A stretch of 32,000 bases of DNA from Candidatus Electronema halotolerans (GCA_942493095.1 OW818675.1:2010001-2042000), one strand, 5' to 3'; counted from the first letter of the stretch, positions 16,358 to 25,913 are shown. Notes: generated from the letters alone by a model not told the origin. Numbers and translations: made by a program.

Positions 16358-18187
16358 TCAACGCTGCTGGACTGCGCCGGTGTCTGCTGCTTTTTTATCA
16401 AGAATGCCGCTGACCACATTGATCAGCTCGGCAGGCTTGAACGGCTTGGTCAGATAGGCGCTGGCGGCGGAGAGATGCCCTTTGACCTTGTCAAGTATCC
16501 GGTTTTTGCTGGTCAGCATGACCACGGGGATATGTTTTGTCTCCCCATTCTTTTTCAAAATCGAGAGGAGCTTGTAGCCGTCAATCTTGGGCAGCATGAT
16601 GTCCAAGAGCACCATGTCAGGCCGGTTGTCATTGAGCTTGCTCAAAGCCTCGACTCCGTCCATCGCTTCAATGACCCGGAAGCCGCCGCTCTGGAGAGTC
16701 ATCTTGATCACCTTGCGGGTGGTGGGGCTGTCCTCAACCACCAGCACGGTGCGCCGGTTGGTCTGATTGTCAATGATCTGCTTCTGCTCCGCCTCCGGCT
16801 GCTTCTGCCCGCCCTTTTCCTCCTTTTGATTGGAGGCGATATAGTCAACAATCTGCGTCACCTGCGCCGCCACTTTCTGATAGCGGCTGTCCACCTGAAT
16901 GATCGGCATGAGCAGGTCAAAATAGGTCAGGGCCTTGTCAAAGTCGTTCAGATTGAGATAAGCGACTCCGGCATAAAAGAGAATTTTCGGGTTGACCTCA
17001 GCAGCCAGCACCTTTTCAAAACGGGCCGCCGCCGCCCGGACATGCCGCTGCTCCACAGCATAGAAATCAATCTTGGCCAAGGTTTCCGCTTCGGTCAGCA
17101 CCCCGGCCCGGCAGCAGGGGCAGAACGGACTGTGCTGCTCCATCGGCGCATAACAGAACGGGCAGCGGCTGATTCTGGCATCTTGGGCCACGCTGCCGAG
17201 GAGCCGCGTTTTTTCCACCTCCTCCCCTATTTCCGCATTGGTCGGCTCAAGGCGGTAGGCCTCGGCCAAGGCGGCCTTGATTTTTTTCAAGTCCGTCATG
17301 GCGCGGGAAAGCCAGAGCCAGCCAAGGGCGTTCTTGCGGTTCTCCTTGACAAAGGCCATCAGGGGTTTCTGAGCCGCGCTGAACTCCAGGCGCTCACAGA
17401 GACGGATGCCTTCTTCGAGCAGCTTTTGCTGCTGCGGCAGCTCCTCTTCCGACATTTTGTCAACAGATTGGTGATCTTTTTGAATCATGGCGCTGATCAG
17501 CAGATTCTGATTGCTCTTATGCACCCGCCGGGTGATGTTTTTATTGTCCAGCAGGCAGCTGCTGACCTGCACCCCTTCCATGCTCAGGAGCTTGAGCGCA
17601 GCCTCCTCGCCAACTGTCCTGCCGCAGACCGCATCGTAAATCGTGCCGTTGACAAGAAAGAGGCTGCCGCGAAATTCTTTGCATTGCTGCTCGATGCAGG
17701 CCTCTATGTCATGATGGTTGCTGCACTTATGGACATCGAGACGGCAGGTGGTGCCCTCGGTCTCCATGAGCTGAACAATGCCGACCACGGAGAACTCGCC
17801 CAGATCGCTTTTTTTCTGCTGACTTTTCAGTGCCCGGAGAATGGCCTCAGCCAGTTCCTGCGAGGCGACCGGTTTTTTGAAAATCTGAAAGACCCTGCCG
17901 GAAAGACGGTTTTCCAGCTCCGGCAGCTCGTAGGAGGTCATGACGATGCAGGGAATGTCGTCATGCTTGTCATGCAGATAGGAGAGAAGCTGGAATCCGT
18001 CTTGTCCCGGCATGACCAAGTCAGTGACGATCAGGGAAATGTCGCCCCGCTCCAGCGTGCTCATCGCGGTTTTGACATCAAAGGCATGAACCAGCTCGAA
18101 CACTGTGCTGTACTTGCTGAGACTGCTGTCAATCAGCCCGTGAATGACCTCGTCATCATCAACCAGCAATACTTTTTTCATATCCAT
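16358..18187 (-). CDS. multidomain response regulator: REC - DUF4388/PATAN-like - zinc-ribbon/TPR-like - REC
   Basis: 609 aa; N-terminal KVLLVDDDEVIHGLI...LIVTDLVMPGQDG; middle GEFSVVGIVQLMETEGTTCRLDV; CPFCYAPMEQHSPFCPCC; TPR-like repeats; C-terminal VLVVEDSPTTRKVI...MVLLDIMLPKIDG...TKPFKP. Confidence 0.88.
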   Translation of the reverse strand: MDMKKVLLVDDDEVIHGLIDSSLSKYSTVFELVHAFDVKTAMSTLERGDISLIVTDLVMPGQDGFQLLSYLHDKHDDIPCIVMTSYELPELENRLSGRVFQIFKKPVASQELAEAILRALKSQQKKSDLGEFSVVGIVQLMETEGTTCRLDVHKCSNHHDIEACIEQQCKEFRGSLFLVNGTIYDAVCGRTVGEEAALKLLSMEGVQVSSCLLDNKNITRRVHKSNQNLLISAMIQKDHQSVDKMSEEELPQQQKLLEEGIRLCERLEFSAAQKPLMAFVKENRKNALGWLWLSRAMTDLKKIKAALAEAYRLEPTNAEIGEEVEKTRLLGSVAQDARISRCPFCYAPMEQHSPFCPCCRAGVLTEAETLAKIDFYAVEQRHVRAAAARFEKVLAAEVNPKILFYAGVAYLNLNDFDKALTYFDLLMPIIQVDSRYQKVAAQVTQIVDYIASNQKEEKGGQKQPEAEQKQIIDNQTNRRTVLVVEDSPTTRKVIKMTLQSGGFRVIEAMDGVEALSKLNDNRPDMVLLDIMLPKIDGYKLLSILKKNGETKHIPVVMLTSKNRILDKVKGHLSAASAYLTKPFKPAELINVVSGILDKKAADTGAVQQR

Positions 18188-18599
18188 TTGTGGGCGCTGT
18201 AACCTGTTCAGGAGAAAAATGGAAGAAAAATCCGCACAGCAGAAATATGACCAACGCTGAAGGATGAAGACTGACTGTTTGTCCCTGTGGACAGACGACC
18301 GTTCTGCGGCAATCGAAATTGCAGAGCAAGGCGCATGTTCTCCTTCGCAGTTTGCCGGTCAGGAGCCTGCCTGTCGCACAGCCCGGCAGCAAAGCTCCTG
18401 AACAAAAAAATCATCTTAAATGGCTCAACCGGTCTTTGTCAAACACTTTGCCTTGAACAACGGAATGAATATTTTGTGACAGCAGCCAAGGCAAAGGCTA
18501 AGAGACTGAAACAACTGCACTGCTCAGGCTGTAGGCGAAGTTCTGAGAATCATTCTCAAAAGAGCGACGCAGCGGCAAAATCCGCTACCAAGTGCTGCT

Positions 18600-19568
18600 T
18601 CAATATTTCAGACCGACCCGGTCACGGGCCAGATCCAAGGTGACGCTGGCCTTGGCCCGCGCTTTGTCCGCACCTTGGCGCAAGATTTGCCGGATGTAGT
18701 CCTTGTTGTCCAGCAGCTCTTTTTTTCGTGCTTGGGCAGCGGCAAAACAGTCACGGATCAGCTCGAACAAATCCTGCTTGAGATAGCCGTAGGCTGCGCC
18801 GCCATTCAGGTAGAGATTACGCACCTCGGCCATTTTCTCTGGCGGAGCAAAGAGTTTGAGCAGGGCGTAGAGTGTGCAGGCATCCGGGTTCTTCGGCTCT
18901 TCCACAGGCGTGGAGTCAGTCTGCACAGCCATGACCCGCTTGCGCAGCTCCTTTTCCTCCAGAAAGAGGGGGATAGTGTTGCCGTATGACTTGGACATTT
19001 TCTGGCCGTCCAAGCCAGGCACTATGGCCGTGCTTTCGCTGATCGCCGCTTCCGGGAGAACAAAGGTTTCGCCAAAAGTATGATTGAAGCTGACAGCAAT
19101 GTCGCGGGCCACTTCCAGATGCTGCTTCTGATCCTTGCCCACTGGCACGACCTCAGCCTGATAGAGAAGAATGTCCGCAGCCATCAGCACTGGATAAGCG
19201 AACAGACCGTGACTGGCGGCAATGCCTTTGGCCACCTTGTCTTTGTAGGAATGACAGCGCTCCAGCAGGCCCATTGGGGTCACGGTCGAAAGCAGCCAGG
19301 CCAGTTCGCAGACTTCCGGCACATCGGATTGGACCCAGAAAATGCACTTGTCCGGGTCCAAGCCCAAGGCGAGAAAGTCTGCCGCCGCTTCCAAGGTGCC
19401 TGCGGCGAGCCGGTCCCGGTCATGGACGCTGGTCAGGGCGTGGAGGTCAACAATGAAGGCGTACAGTTCAGAGTTTTCCATGCTGGCGAGCATGGGCTGC
19501 ATCATGCCGAAATAGTTTCCTATATGAAGCTGACCTGAAGGCTGGATGCCGGAAAGAGTGCGTTTCAT
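18600..19568 (-). CDS. trpS: tryptophanyl-tRNA synthetase (ORF track start 19661 probably too far upstream)
   Basis: MKRTLSGIQPSGQLHIGNYFGMMQPM; GLDGQKMSKSYGNTIPLF (KMSKS); AGAAYGYLKQDL. Confidence 0.93.
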   Translation of the reverse strand: MKRTLSGIQPSGQLHIGNYFGMMQPMLASMENSELYAFIVDLHALTSVHDRDRLAAGTLEAAADFLALGLDPDKCIFWVQSDVPEVCELAWLLSTVTPMGLLERCHSYKDKVAKGIAASHGLFAYPVLMAADILLYQAEVVPVGKDQKQHLEVARDIAVSFNHTFGETFVLPEAAISESTAIVPGLDGQKMSKSYGNTIPLFLEEKELRKRVMAVQTDSTPVEEPKNPDACTLYALLKLFAPPEKMAEVRNLYLNGGAAYGYLKQDLFELIRDCFAAAQARKKELLDNKDYIRQILRQGADKARAKASVTLDLARDRVGLKY

Positions 19569-19802
19569 GGACATGCGGCGTGAAGAGAAAAATTTGCGGA
19601 AGAAAGTTCTATTTTGCCTGAAAAGGCAACTATACCAAGAGACCGTCCTTGCCGCAAGCAAGGAGCTGGAAAAGAATCAGTTCCCATACACGGAACGTGA
19701 CTGAGTGAACAGGCTGCTGGCAAAGAAATGCGGCATTCAGGGAAAAAACAGCGTATATTGTCAGGGACAAGGCGAACACCAGAACCAGCAGAGGAGAGAA
19801 AA

Positions 19803-21317
19803 ATGCCCGCTGACTTGAACGAGATGATTCGCAGGCCGCAAAAAAGCATGGCCGCACAATGCGCCGCAGCTATTTTTCCGCCCGGCCTGCTCGACAAACT
19901 GGCTGCTGTGCAGCATGAGCTGGGCGGTGAAATCTATCTTGTCGGCGGTACAGTGCGGGACCTGCTCCTTGGCCGCACACCGGGTGATCTTGATCTGACA
20001 ATTGCCAGCCAGCCCAAAAACTGGGCCGAGCGGCTGCGCCAGCGCACAGGCGGGGCCTGCGTCGAACTGGGCCGGGAAGAGGGGACTTTCCGCATTGTCA
20101 CGCCGCAGGAAACCGTGCTGGACTTCTCCGGCTTCCGCAAAGGCGCGGCCTGCGTGGAGGACGACCTGCGCCGCCGTGATCTGACCGTCAATGCCTTGGC
20201 TGTGCCGCTGCATGACTTCCTCCATGACCGCAGCCTTGCCGAACTGCCTGTGCTTGATCCGACCAACGGCCTGGCTGATCTTGCCCAGCAGCGCATCCGG
20301 TCGATTTCCGAGCAAAATTTGATCGACGACCCTCTGCGCCTGCTGCGGGTGTTCCGTTTTGCCGCCGCTCTTGGTTTTACGGTCGAGCCAGAAACGCTGA
20401 CGCAGGTCCAGCAATTCAGCCCGCTGCTCAACAAGGTGGCCAAAGAGCGCATTGCTTATGAGCTGGACGCGATCATGGCCACTGACAGGGCGCATGCCGC
20501 TTTTCTCGCCCTGCACGACAGCGGCCTGCTCTGGGAGATTCTGCCTGAGCTGCGGGCGGGAGTTGGCATGGCCCAGCCTGCCAGCCATCATTTGGATGTG
20601 TTCGGGCACTGCGGCGAAGCGCTGCGCCAGATTGAGCTGGTGCTGGCTGATCTGCCCAGTTATTTTGCTGAAGGCAGCGCAGTGATGGAGGAATATTTGG
20701 CGGCAATGCCCAAGCGGCGCGTGCAGGTGAAGTGGGCCGCCCTGCTGCACGACATTGGCAAGCCGGTCTGCTTTGGCACCAAAGAGGACGGACGGATCAC
20801 CTTTTACAACCATGACCTGCGCGGCGCGGACATCTTCACTGCCTTTTCCCGGCGGCTGCGCCGGTCGCGGGAGGACACCGAGGCCACGGCCCGCCTGATT
20901 GAGGGACACATGCGGCCTTTTTTTCTCGCCAACAATCAGCGGAAAGGCAAGCTGACCCTGCGGGCCTGCCTGCGCCTGATCCGCGATGCCGATGACCAGC
21001 TGCCCGGCCTTTTCCTGCTGGCAATGGCTGATGCCTTGGCAGGCAAGGGTGAAACCAGCCCGGAGGCTATTGAAGAGGAAGTTTCCGGCCTTTTCGAGCA
21101 CTTGCTGCGCATCCGGCAGGAGCGTGTGACCCCGGTGCGGAGCGCGCCTCCTCTGCTCACCGGCCACGATTTGATCAATGAGCTGGGGCTTGTTCCCGGC
21201 CCGCTTTTCCGCACGATCTTGGATAAAGTCGAAGAGGCGCAGATGGAACACGCTGTCAGCAGCAGGAAGGAGGCGTTGGCATTGGCTGCTGGCATTGCCG
21301 CCAAGACTGCGCCGTGA
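19803..21317 (+). CDS. CCA tRNA nucleotidyltransferase / poly(A) polymerase family protein with HD domain
   Basis: GGEIYLVGGTVRDLLLGRTPGDLDLTIA, DDLRRRDLTVNALA, WAALLHDIGKP. Start 19803 preferred over 19728 because GAGGAGAG Shine-Dalgarno precedes it. Confidence 0.9.
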   Translation: MPADLNEMIRRPQKSMAAQCAAAIFPPGLLDKLAAVQHELGGEIYLVGGTVRDLLLGRTPGDLDLTIASQPKNWAERLRQRTGGACVELGREEGTFRIVTPQETVLDFSGFRKGAACVEDDLRRRDLTVNALAVPLHDFLHDRSLAELPVLDPTNGLADLAQQRIRSISEQNLIDDPLRLLRVFRFAAALGFTVEPETLTQVQQFSPLLNKVAKERIAYELDAIMATDRAHAAFLALHDSGLLWEILPELRAGVGMAQPASHHLDVFGHCGEALRQIELVLADLPSYFAEGSAVMEEYLAAMPKRRVQVKWAALLHDIGKPVCFGTKEDGRITFYNHDLRGADIFTAFSRRLRRSREDTEATARLIEGHMRPFFLANNQRKGKLTLRACLRLIRDADDQLPGLFLLAMADALAGKGETSPEAIEEEVSGLFEHLLRIRQERVTPVRSAPPLLTGHDLINELGLVPGPLFRTILDKVEEAQMEHAVSSRKEALALAAGIAAKTAP

Positions 21318-21341
21318 TGCTGCTGAACTTCACGAAGAGAC

Positions 21342-21758
21342 TCAGGAACTCTGTATTCTGCGCTGCCGCAGCAGCAGGCCAAGGCCGATGCCAAGACAGG
21401 TCAGCGAGCTGCCGAGCAGAAAGGCGGCCAGCACCGCGCCCTGCAATTTCATGGCCTTGATCTGCTGCCAGTTGTTCAGACGGACTTTGATGTCCTTGGG
21501 CACCACCCGGTATTCCATTCCGTTCCTGTCGCGGGCCGAGAGCGAGCCGCGCTCCAGATGCCGCTGGAGCAGCTCGCCGCTGATATGCAGCTCAAAATGG
21601 TGGGCGGCCTCAGAGAGCGGCAAAGCCAACTGCATCGGAGTCCACCAAATGTCCTGACGGCCTTGAAAAACCTGCCAATACGCAGCGGCAAGCTGAGACC
21701 CGGAGACCAGTGTGCCGATCAGTCCGGCCAGCAGCAGGCCCTTGATCATCTCTCTCAT
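21342..21758 (-). CDS. hypothetical small membrane protein, two predicted TM segments
   Basis: 138 aa; N- and C-terminal hydrophobic stretches; start overlaps the upstream antiporter stop by 4 bp. Confidence 0.6.
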   Translation of the reverse strand: MREMIKGLLLAGLIGTLVSGSQLAAAYWQVFQGRQDIWWTPMQLALPLSEAAHHFELHISGELLQRHLERGSLSARDRNGMEYRVVPKDIKVRLNNWQQIKAMKLQGAVLAAFLLGSSLTCLGIGLGLLLRQRRIQSS

Positions 21759-22825
21759 TCCTGCTTCCTTTTGCGGGTTTCCTTCGCGCTCAGGGTGAAG
21801 AGGGTGACAGCGGTCATGGGGATGGCGAAATAGACAATGGCGACATCAAAGCCGGGCAGCGCATTCTCGTGCTCGGCTGCGGTCAGAATCAGATGCAGGG
21901 TGTAGGCGCAGTAGTAGCCGAAAAAGAGCGCGCCTTCCTGGCGGCTGATCAGGCTGTCGGTGAAAAAGATCGGCAGGCAGGCCAAGGCGGTCAGGAGCAT
22001 CACCGGCAGGTCAAGGCTGAGAGTTGCGGGCGGCACTGCCACTCCGTCCGGGGCGATGATGCCAGCCAGCCCCAGCACACCGAGCAGATTGAAAAGATTG
22101 CTGCCTACAGCATTGCCTACAGCAATATCGCCTTTGTTGCGCAGGGCGGCAATGACTGAGGTGACGATTTCCGGCAGCGAGGTGCCGACCGCAATCACAG
22201 TCAGCCCAATGACCGCCTCGCTGACCTTGAACTGCTGGGCAATGCTGACCGCGCTGCTGACTAACCAGCGGGAGCCGAGGAGCAGGAGGGCCAGTCCGCT
22301 GATGACCAAGGCCGTGTTTTTCAGCCAGCCTGCTCTGCTTTTATCAACCGGGCCAAAATCCTCATCATCAGGCGCGGCACCCTCTTTGCGGCTCTGGATG
22401 AGTTGAAAGGCGATATAGGCCAGCAGGCCGAGGATGAGCAGTAGGCCCTCGCTCCGGCTGAGTGCGCCATCCCAGGCAAAAAGCAGGACAGCGCAGGAGA
22501 CCAGAATCATCAGCGGCACTTCGCAGCGCACGAGCTGCCGGGCCACGAACAGCGGCGTGATCATGGCGGACAGGCCGAGGATGAGCAGGACATTGCAGAT
22601 ATTGCTGCCGATGACATTGCCCAAGGCCAAGCTGCCTTGGCCGCTGAGAGTTGATTTGATCGTGACGGCGAACTCCGGCGAGCTGGTGCCAAAGGCCACC
22701 ACAGTCAGGCCGATGACCAAAGGTGAAATGCCGAACAGGGCGGCGAGCCGGGCTGCGCCGCGCACCAGAATTTCAGCCCCGCCAATCAGCAGGGCCAAAC
22801 CAAGGATGAAGAGCAGAATGGTCAT
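21755..22825 (-). CDS. calcium/sodium antiporter (CaCA family, YrbG-like)
   Basis: Inverted internal repeats GTSSPEFAVTIKSTLSGQGSLALGNVIGSNICNVLL and GTSLPEIVTSVIAALRNKGDIAVGNAVGSNLFNLL. Confidence 0.93.
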   Translation of the reverse strand: MTILLFILGLALLIGGAEILVRGAARLAALFGISPLVIGLTVVAFGTSSPEFAVTIKSTLSGQGSLALGNVIGSNICNVLLILGLSAMITPLFVARQLVRCEVPLMILVSCAVLLFAWDGALSRSEGLLLILGLLAYIAFQLIQSRKEGAAPDDEDFGPVDKSRAGWLKNTALVISGLALLLLGSRWLVSSAVSIAQQFKVSEAVIGLTVIAVGTSLPEIVTSVIAALRNKGDIAVGNAVGSNLFNLLGVLGLAGIIAPDGVAVPPATLSLDLPVMLLTALACLPIFFTDSLISRQEGALFFGYYCAYTLHLILTAAEHENALPGFDVAIVYFAIPMTAVTLFTLSAKETRKRKQE

Positions 22826-22867
22826 GATGGCAGTGCGTGCATTGTTCCAAGAGCTGCGGCCCGCGTT

Positions 22868-23809
22868 TCAGGCCCGGCGGCAAAGACGGCCAAAACCGCC
22901 CGGAATCGTGCCGGAAGCCCAGTAGGTCCGACCCTGCTTGAAATCAACAAACCACTGGCCGCCCGGCCTGCGCACTGCATCAACAAAGATGAACGGCTGA
23001 TCAGCGGAAAAGGCCGGATGCAGGTACTGGCCCTTGGCGTTCTGTTCCCGCTCCATCAGCGAGAGTGCCTCGGCCAAGGTCGGCAGCCGCCAGTCGCCAT
23101 GTCCGGCAAAGCCTTCCTGATTCAGCTCCTCCACCGCCTTGCGCAGCATCCGGTTGCTCATGATGTCCAGCCCACCCCGCTGCCAGATCAGGCCCGTGAC
23201 CTTGTCAGTCACAGTCAGGCCGTCGTTGTTATCCACCAAATAATTGCGGAACTGGCCGTCCAGGTTCCGCTCATGGTCGATCAGGTCATGCGCCTTGATG
23301 AGCTGCGCGGCCTCCTCCTCAGTCAGTTCCGCCGGACTGTCCGGCAGCCTGACCTCCTTCAGGTCAGCAGGCAGGGGCGCATCCAGTCCCGGCAGCCCTG
23401 ACGGCCCAAGACTGTCGCTCTTGTCTTCCGTCTCCAGCGGCACCACCTTGGAATTGTCCGCGCTCGCCATCACGTTGACAATCAGCCACTGCTTCAGTTC
23501 CTCATCAATGGCAAAGGTGCGCTCAAACAAGGCCACCTTGCCGTGCCGTTCGACGCAGCGGCGGAGCAGCTCCGGCGGAGCGAGAATCTGAGCCGCCACC
23601 CGCGCATATTTGATGCCCCGCTCCATCAGGCAGAGCTTGGGTTCCTCGCCCCACGCATCAATAAAAAAATAATAAATCCGCTCCCTGCTGCTGCGCACCC
23701 GCTCTTTGCCGCCCCAGCTTTCAAAGGTGCCAAAGGTGTATTCCGGGGTCATGTCCCAGTCCACAGCAGTGGGATTGCCGCTCAGGTTCAGCGCGTCAAA
23801 AAGTCCCAT
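22868..23809 (-). CDS. DUF1566 (Lcl C-terminal-like) domain protein
   Basis: VTDKVTGLIWQRGG...GFAGHGDWRLPTLAEALSLM...FVDFKQGRTYWASGTIPGGFGRLCRR. Confidence 0.8.
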   Translation of the reverse strand: MGLFDALNLSGNPTAVDWDMTPEYTFGTFESWGGKERVRSSRERIYYFFIDAWGEEPKLCLMERGIKYARVAAQILAPPELLRRCVERHGKVALFERTFAIDEELKQWLIVNVMASADNSKVVPLETEDKSDSLGPSGLPGLDAPLPADLKEVRLPDSPAELTEEEAAQLIKAHDLIDHERNLDGQFRNYLVDNNDGLTVTDKVTGLIWQRGGLDIMSNRMLRKAVEELNQEGFAGHGDWRLPTLAEALSLMEREQNAKGQYLHPAFSADQPFIFVDAVRRPGGQWFVDFKQGRTYWASGTIPGGFGRLCRRA

Positions 23810-23876
23810 ATTCCGTCTCCTTGCTTGAATGAGTCACAGCGGAAGACAGCCCGCTGCGTGGCAACTGTCAAAACGG

Positions 23877-23888
23877 ATTATAGCAAAA
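23877..23888 (-). promoter_or_regulatory. candidate extended -10 element TTTTGCTATAAT upstream of the DUF1566 gene
   Basis: TGCTATAAT on the minus strand about 70 nt upstream of the start codon at 23809. Confidence 0.45.
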
Positions 23889-23953
23889 TTCCGGGAAGTT
23901 TTCCAGCAGGACAGACGGCGGGAACAGCTTGGAAGGAAAAAAGAGGAGGGGGA

Positions 23954-23995
23954 AAAACAGCAGCGGCTGGCCCTGCCAAGGAGAACCAGCCGCTG
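23954..23995 (-). terminator. Rho-independent terminator of the acidic secreted protein gene
   Basis: Minus strand CAGCGGCTGG...CCAGCCGCTG (arms 23986-23995 / 23961-23970) then CTGTTTTT. Confidence 0.8.
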
Positions 23996-24013
23996 AATCA
24001 GCAGAGAGAAAAA

Positions 24014-24322
24014 TTAATTTTCCTCGCCTTCGCCCTCAGCAGGAGCATCTGCTGCATCACCGCCATCTTCATCAGAAGGAGCAGCCTCATCTACAGTGCC
24101 ATCATCAGCAGCTTCAACATCCCCATCATCTGCTGTGGTGTCTTCATCTACAACCACATCGTCACCTTCAGATGGCTCTTCTACCATCTCACCATCAGCA
24201 GGTGCAGCAGGTGCTTCAACTGCTGTCTCATCAGCAGGAGCAGAATCATCTTGGGCAAAAGAAACATGACTTGCTCCGAATACAACCAACGCTGCTGCCA
24301 ACAACAAGAATGCTTTTTTCAT
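24014..24322 (-). CDS. highly acidic, low-complexity secreted protein of unknown function
   Basis: Start at 24322 (MKKAFLLLAAALVVFGASHVSFA signal peptide, AGGAG Shine-Dalgarno upstream) rather than 24427; mature part QDDSAPADET...GEGEEN. Confidence 0.75.
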   Translation of the reverse strand: MKKAFLLLAAALVVFGASHVSFAQDDSAPADETAVEAPAAPADGEMVEEPSEGDDVVVDEDTTADDGDVEAADDGTVDEAAPSDEDGGDAADAPAEGEGEEN

Positions 24323-24337
24323 GACAGGTGCTCCTGA

Positions 24338-24359
24338 TGAGGATTTGTTCAAGTCCTCA
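24338..24359 (-). promoter_or_regulatory. inverted repeat just upstream of the Shine-Dalgarno of the acidic protein gene
   Basis: TGAGGATTTG-TT-CAAGTCCTCA (one mismatch in 10-bp arms), 16 nt upstream of the ATG at 24322. Confidence 0.4.
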
Positions 24360-24587
24360 AGAATTTTATGAAACAGTCGGAGACCGAACCGCTTGGTTCT
24401 GCAATCACGTTCCGTCTGTATCAGCAAGAAAAGTGCAGCAGGAAAAAAAGGCCCTTCTGCATAAAGAGATTTTATTCCCAGACAAAGAGAAAAGCAAGCA
24501 AATTATACAGACTTTTTTCTTTTCAGCTAACTGCTTTTACTGTTTTATTTTTTTATCGGCAGGCGGGAGCATGGAACGAGAGAAAAA

Positions 24588-25877
24588 TTACGCCTGCCGC
24601 GCTGCTGACCGACCGGCTGCCCAGCCAGTGGAAAAGGCGGCTTGCAGATTGTAGCCGCCAGTGTCGGCCTGCACATCAAGCAGCTCGCCTGCCAAATACA
24701 GGCCCTTGCAGAGCTTGGACTGCATGGTGCGCGGCTCAACCTCAGCCAGACTGACCCCGCCAGCGGTGATGATCGCCTCCTTGAAGCCGCGATAGCCCGT
24801 GACTGGCAGGCTGACTGCTTTGAGCCAGCTCCGCAGCCGCTTGCGCTCCGCTGCTGTGACCTCGCCAGCCAGCCGTTCTCCGGCAAGGCCGATTTCTTCC
24901 AAGCAGACCGGCACCATCTGGGCTGGCAGCAGGCCGCGCAGCACCGAATCCATCTGCTCCTTGGAGCGGGCGGCAAAATCACGCAGCAGGCGGGCCTCCA
25001 ATTTCTGCTCATCCAAGGCTGGTTTCAGGTCAAGGACCACGCTGACCGCCTCGCCTGCCCGCAGGGCATCCACCATCAGGTGGCTCAGGGTGAGAATCAC
25101 CGGCCCAGACAGCCCGTATTTCATAAAGAGCAGCTCGCCAAAGGCATCAGCCCGCTTTTTGTTGTTGATCAGCAGCCGCACCCCGACATTGCGCAGATGC
25201 AGTCCAGCCAGCCGGGCTGCCAGATTGCCACCAGTTTCCACCGGCACCAAGGCAGGCCGGAGCGGGACAATGCTGTGTCCTGCACTGGCGGCCAAACGGC
25301 AGCCGTCGCCATTGGAGCCGGTGGCTGGATAGGAGGAGCCGCCTGCGGCCAGAATCACAGCCCGGCCCATTACTGGCTGGCCGTTGCAGAGCACACCCTG
25401 CACTGCCCCGTTTTCGAGCAGCAGCTTTTCCACCTGCGAACCGGGCCGCAGCTCAACCGGCAGCTCGGCCAGCCAGTTGCGGAAAACCGCCACCACCTCC
25501 GCAGCCTTGCCTTGGGCGGGAAAGACCCTGCCGCCGCGCTCCGTGACCGTGGCCAAGCCGCGCTCTTCAAAAAAGCGGAGCAAATCCTGATTGAAAAACT
25601 GCTGAAAGCACTGGCGGAGAAATTTGCCGTTCCGGCCAAAGCGGGCAAGAAAATCGGACAGCTCGGCAGCGTTGGTCAGGTTGCAGCGGCCTTTGCCGGA
25701 AATGCTGATCTTGCGGCCCGGCTGGCGCATCTTCTCCAGCAGAATGACCTCAGCTCCGCTCTCTGCCGCTTGTCCAGCAGCCATCAGCCCGGCAGCCCCG
25801 CCGCCAACCACGACAACAGGCCCGCTCATGGTCGGCTGGTAAATAGATTGCAACATTTTACTATTGAAATTCGGCAA
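24588..25877 (-). CDS. NAD(P)/FAD-dependent oxidoreductase, HI0933/BaiN-like
   Basis: VVVGGGAAGLMAAGQAAESGAEVILLEKMRQPGRKISISGKGRCNLTN; C-terminal ITAGGVSLAEVEPRTMQSKLCKGLYLAGELLDVQADTGGYNLQAAFSTGWAAGRSA. Confidence 0.93.
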   Translation of the reverse strand: MPNFNSKMLQSIYQPTMSGPVVVVGGGAAGLMAAGQAAESGAEVILLEKMRQPGRKISISGKGRCNLTNAAELSDFLARFGRNGKFLRQCFQQFFNQDLLRFFEERGLATVTERGGRVFPAQGKAAEVVAVFRNWLAELPVELRPGSQVEKLLLENGAVQGVLCNGQPVMGRAVILAAGGSSYPATGSNGDGCRLAASAGHSIVPLRPALVPVETGGNLAARLAGLHLRNVGVRLLINNKKRADAFGELLFMKYGLSGPVILTLSHLMVDALRAGEAVSVVLDLKPALDEQKLEARLLRDFAARSKEQMDSVLRGLLPAQMVPVCLEEIGLAGERLAGEVTAAERKRLRSWLKAVSLPVTGYRGFKEAIITAGGVSLAEVEPRTMQSKLCKGLYLAGELLDVQADTGGYNLQAAFSTGWAAGRSAARQA

Positions 25878-25913
25878 GTTGGCTTAGATTCCCGTCACAG
25901 GTTCAGGCTGTTA

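Noticed and set aside
16475-18202. 575-aa plus-strand ORF
   Set aside because: Lies antisense to the REC-DUF4388-TPR-REC gene, whose motifs are unambiguous.
18200-18599. Intergenic stretch between the dual-REC gene and trpS, examined for an RNA gene
   Set aside because: No convincing tRNA, hairpin set or conserved RNA motif recognised; small ORFs there (77, 68, 118 aa) have no coding support.
19761-21251. 496-aa minus-strand ORF
   Set aside because: Antisense to the nucleotidyltransferase/HD gene; low-complexity His/Gln/Arg-rich translation without domain signals.
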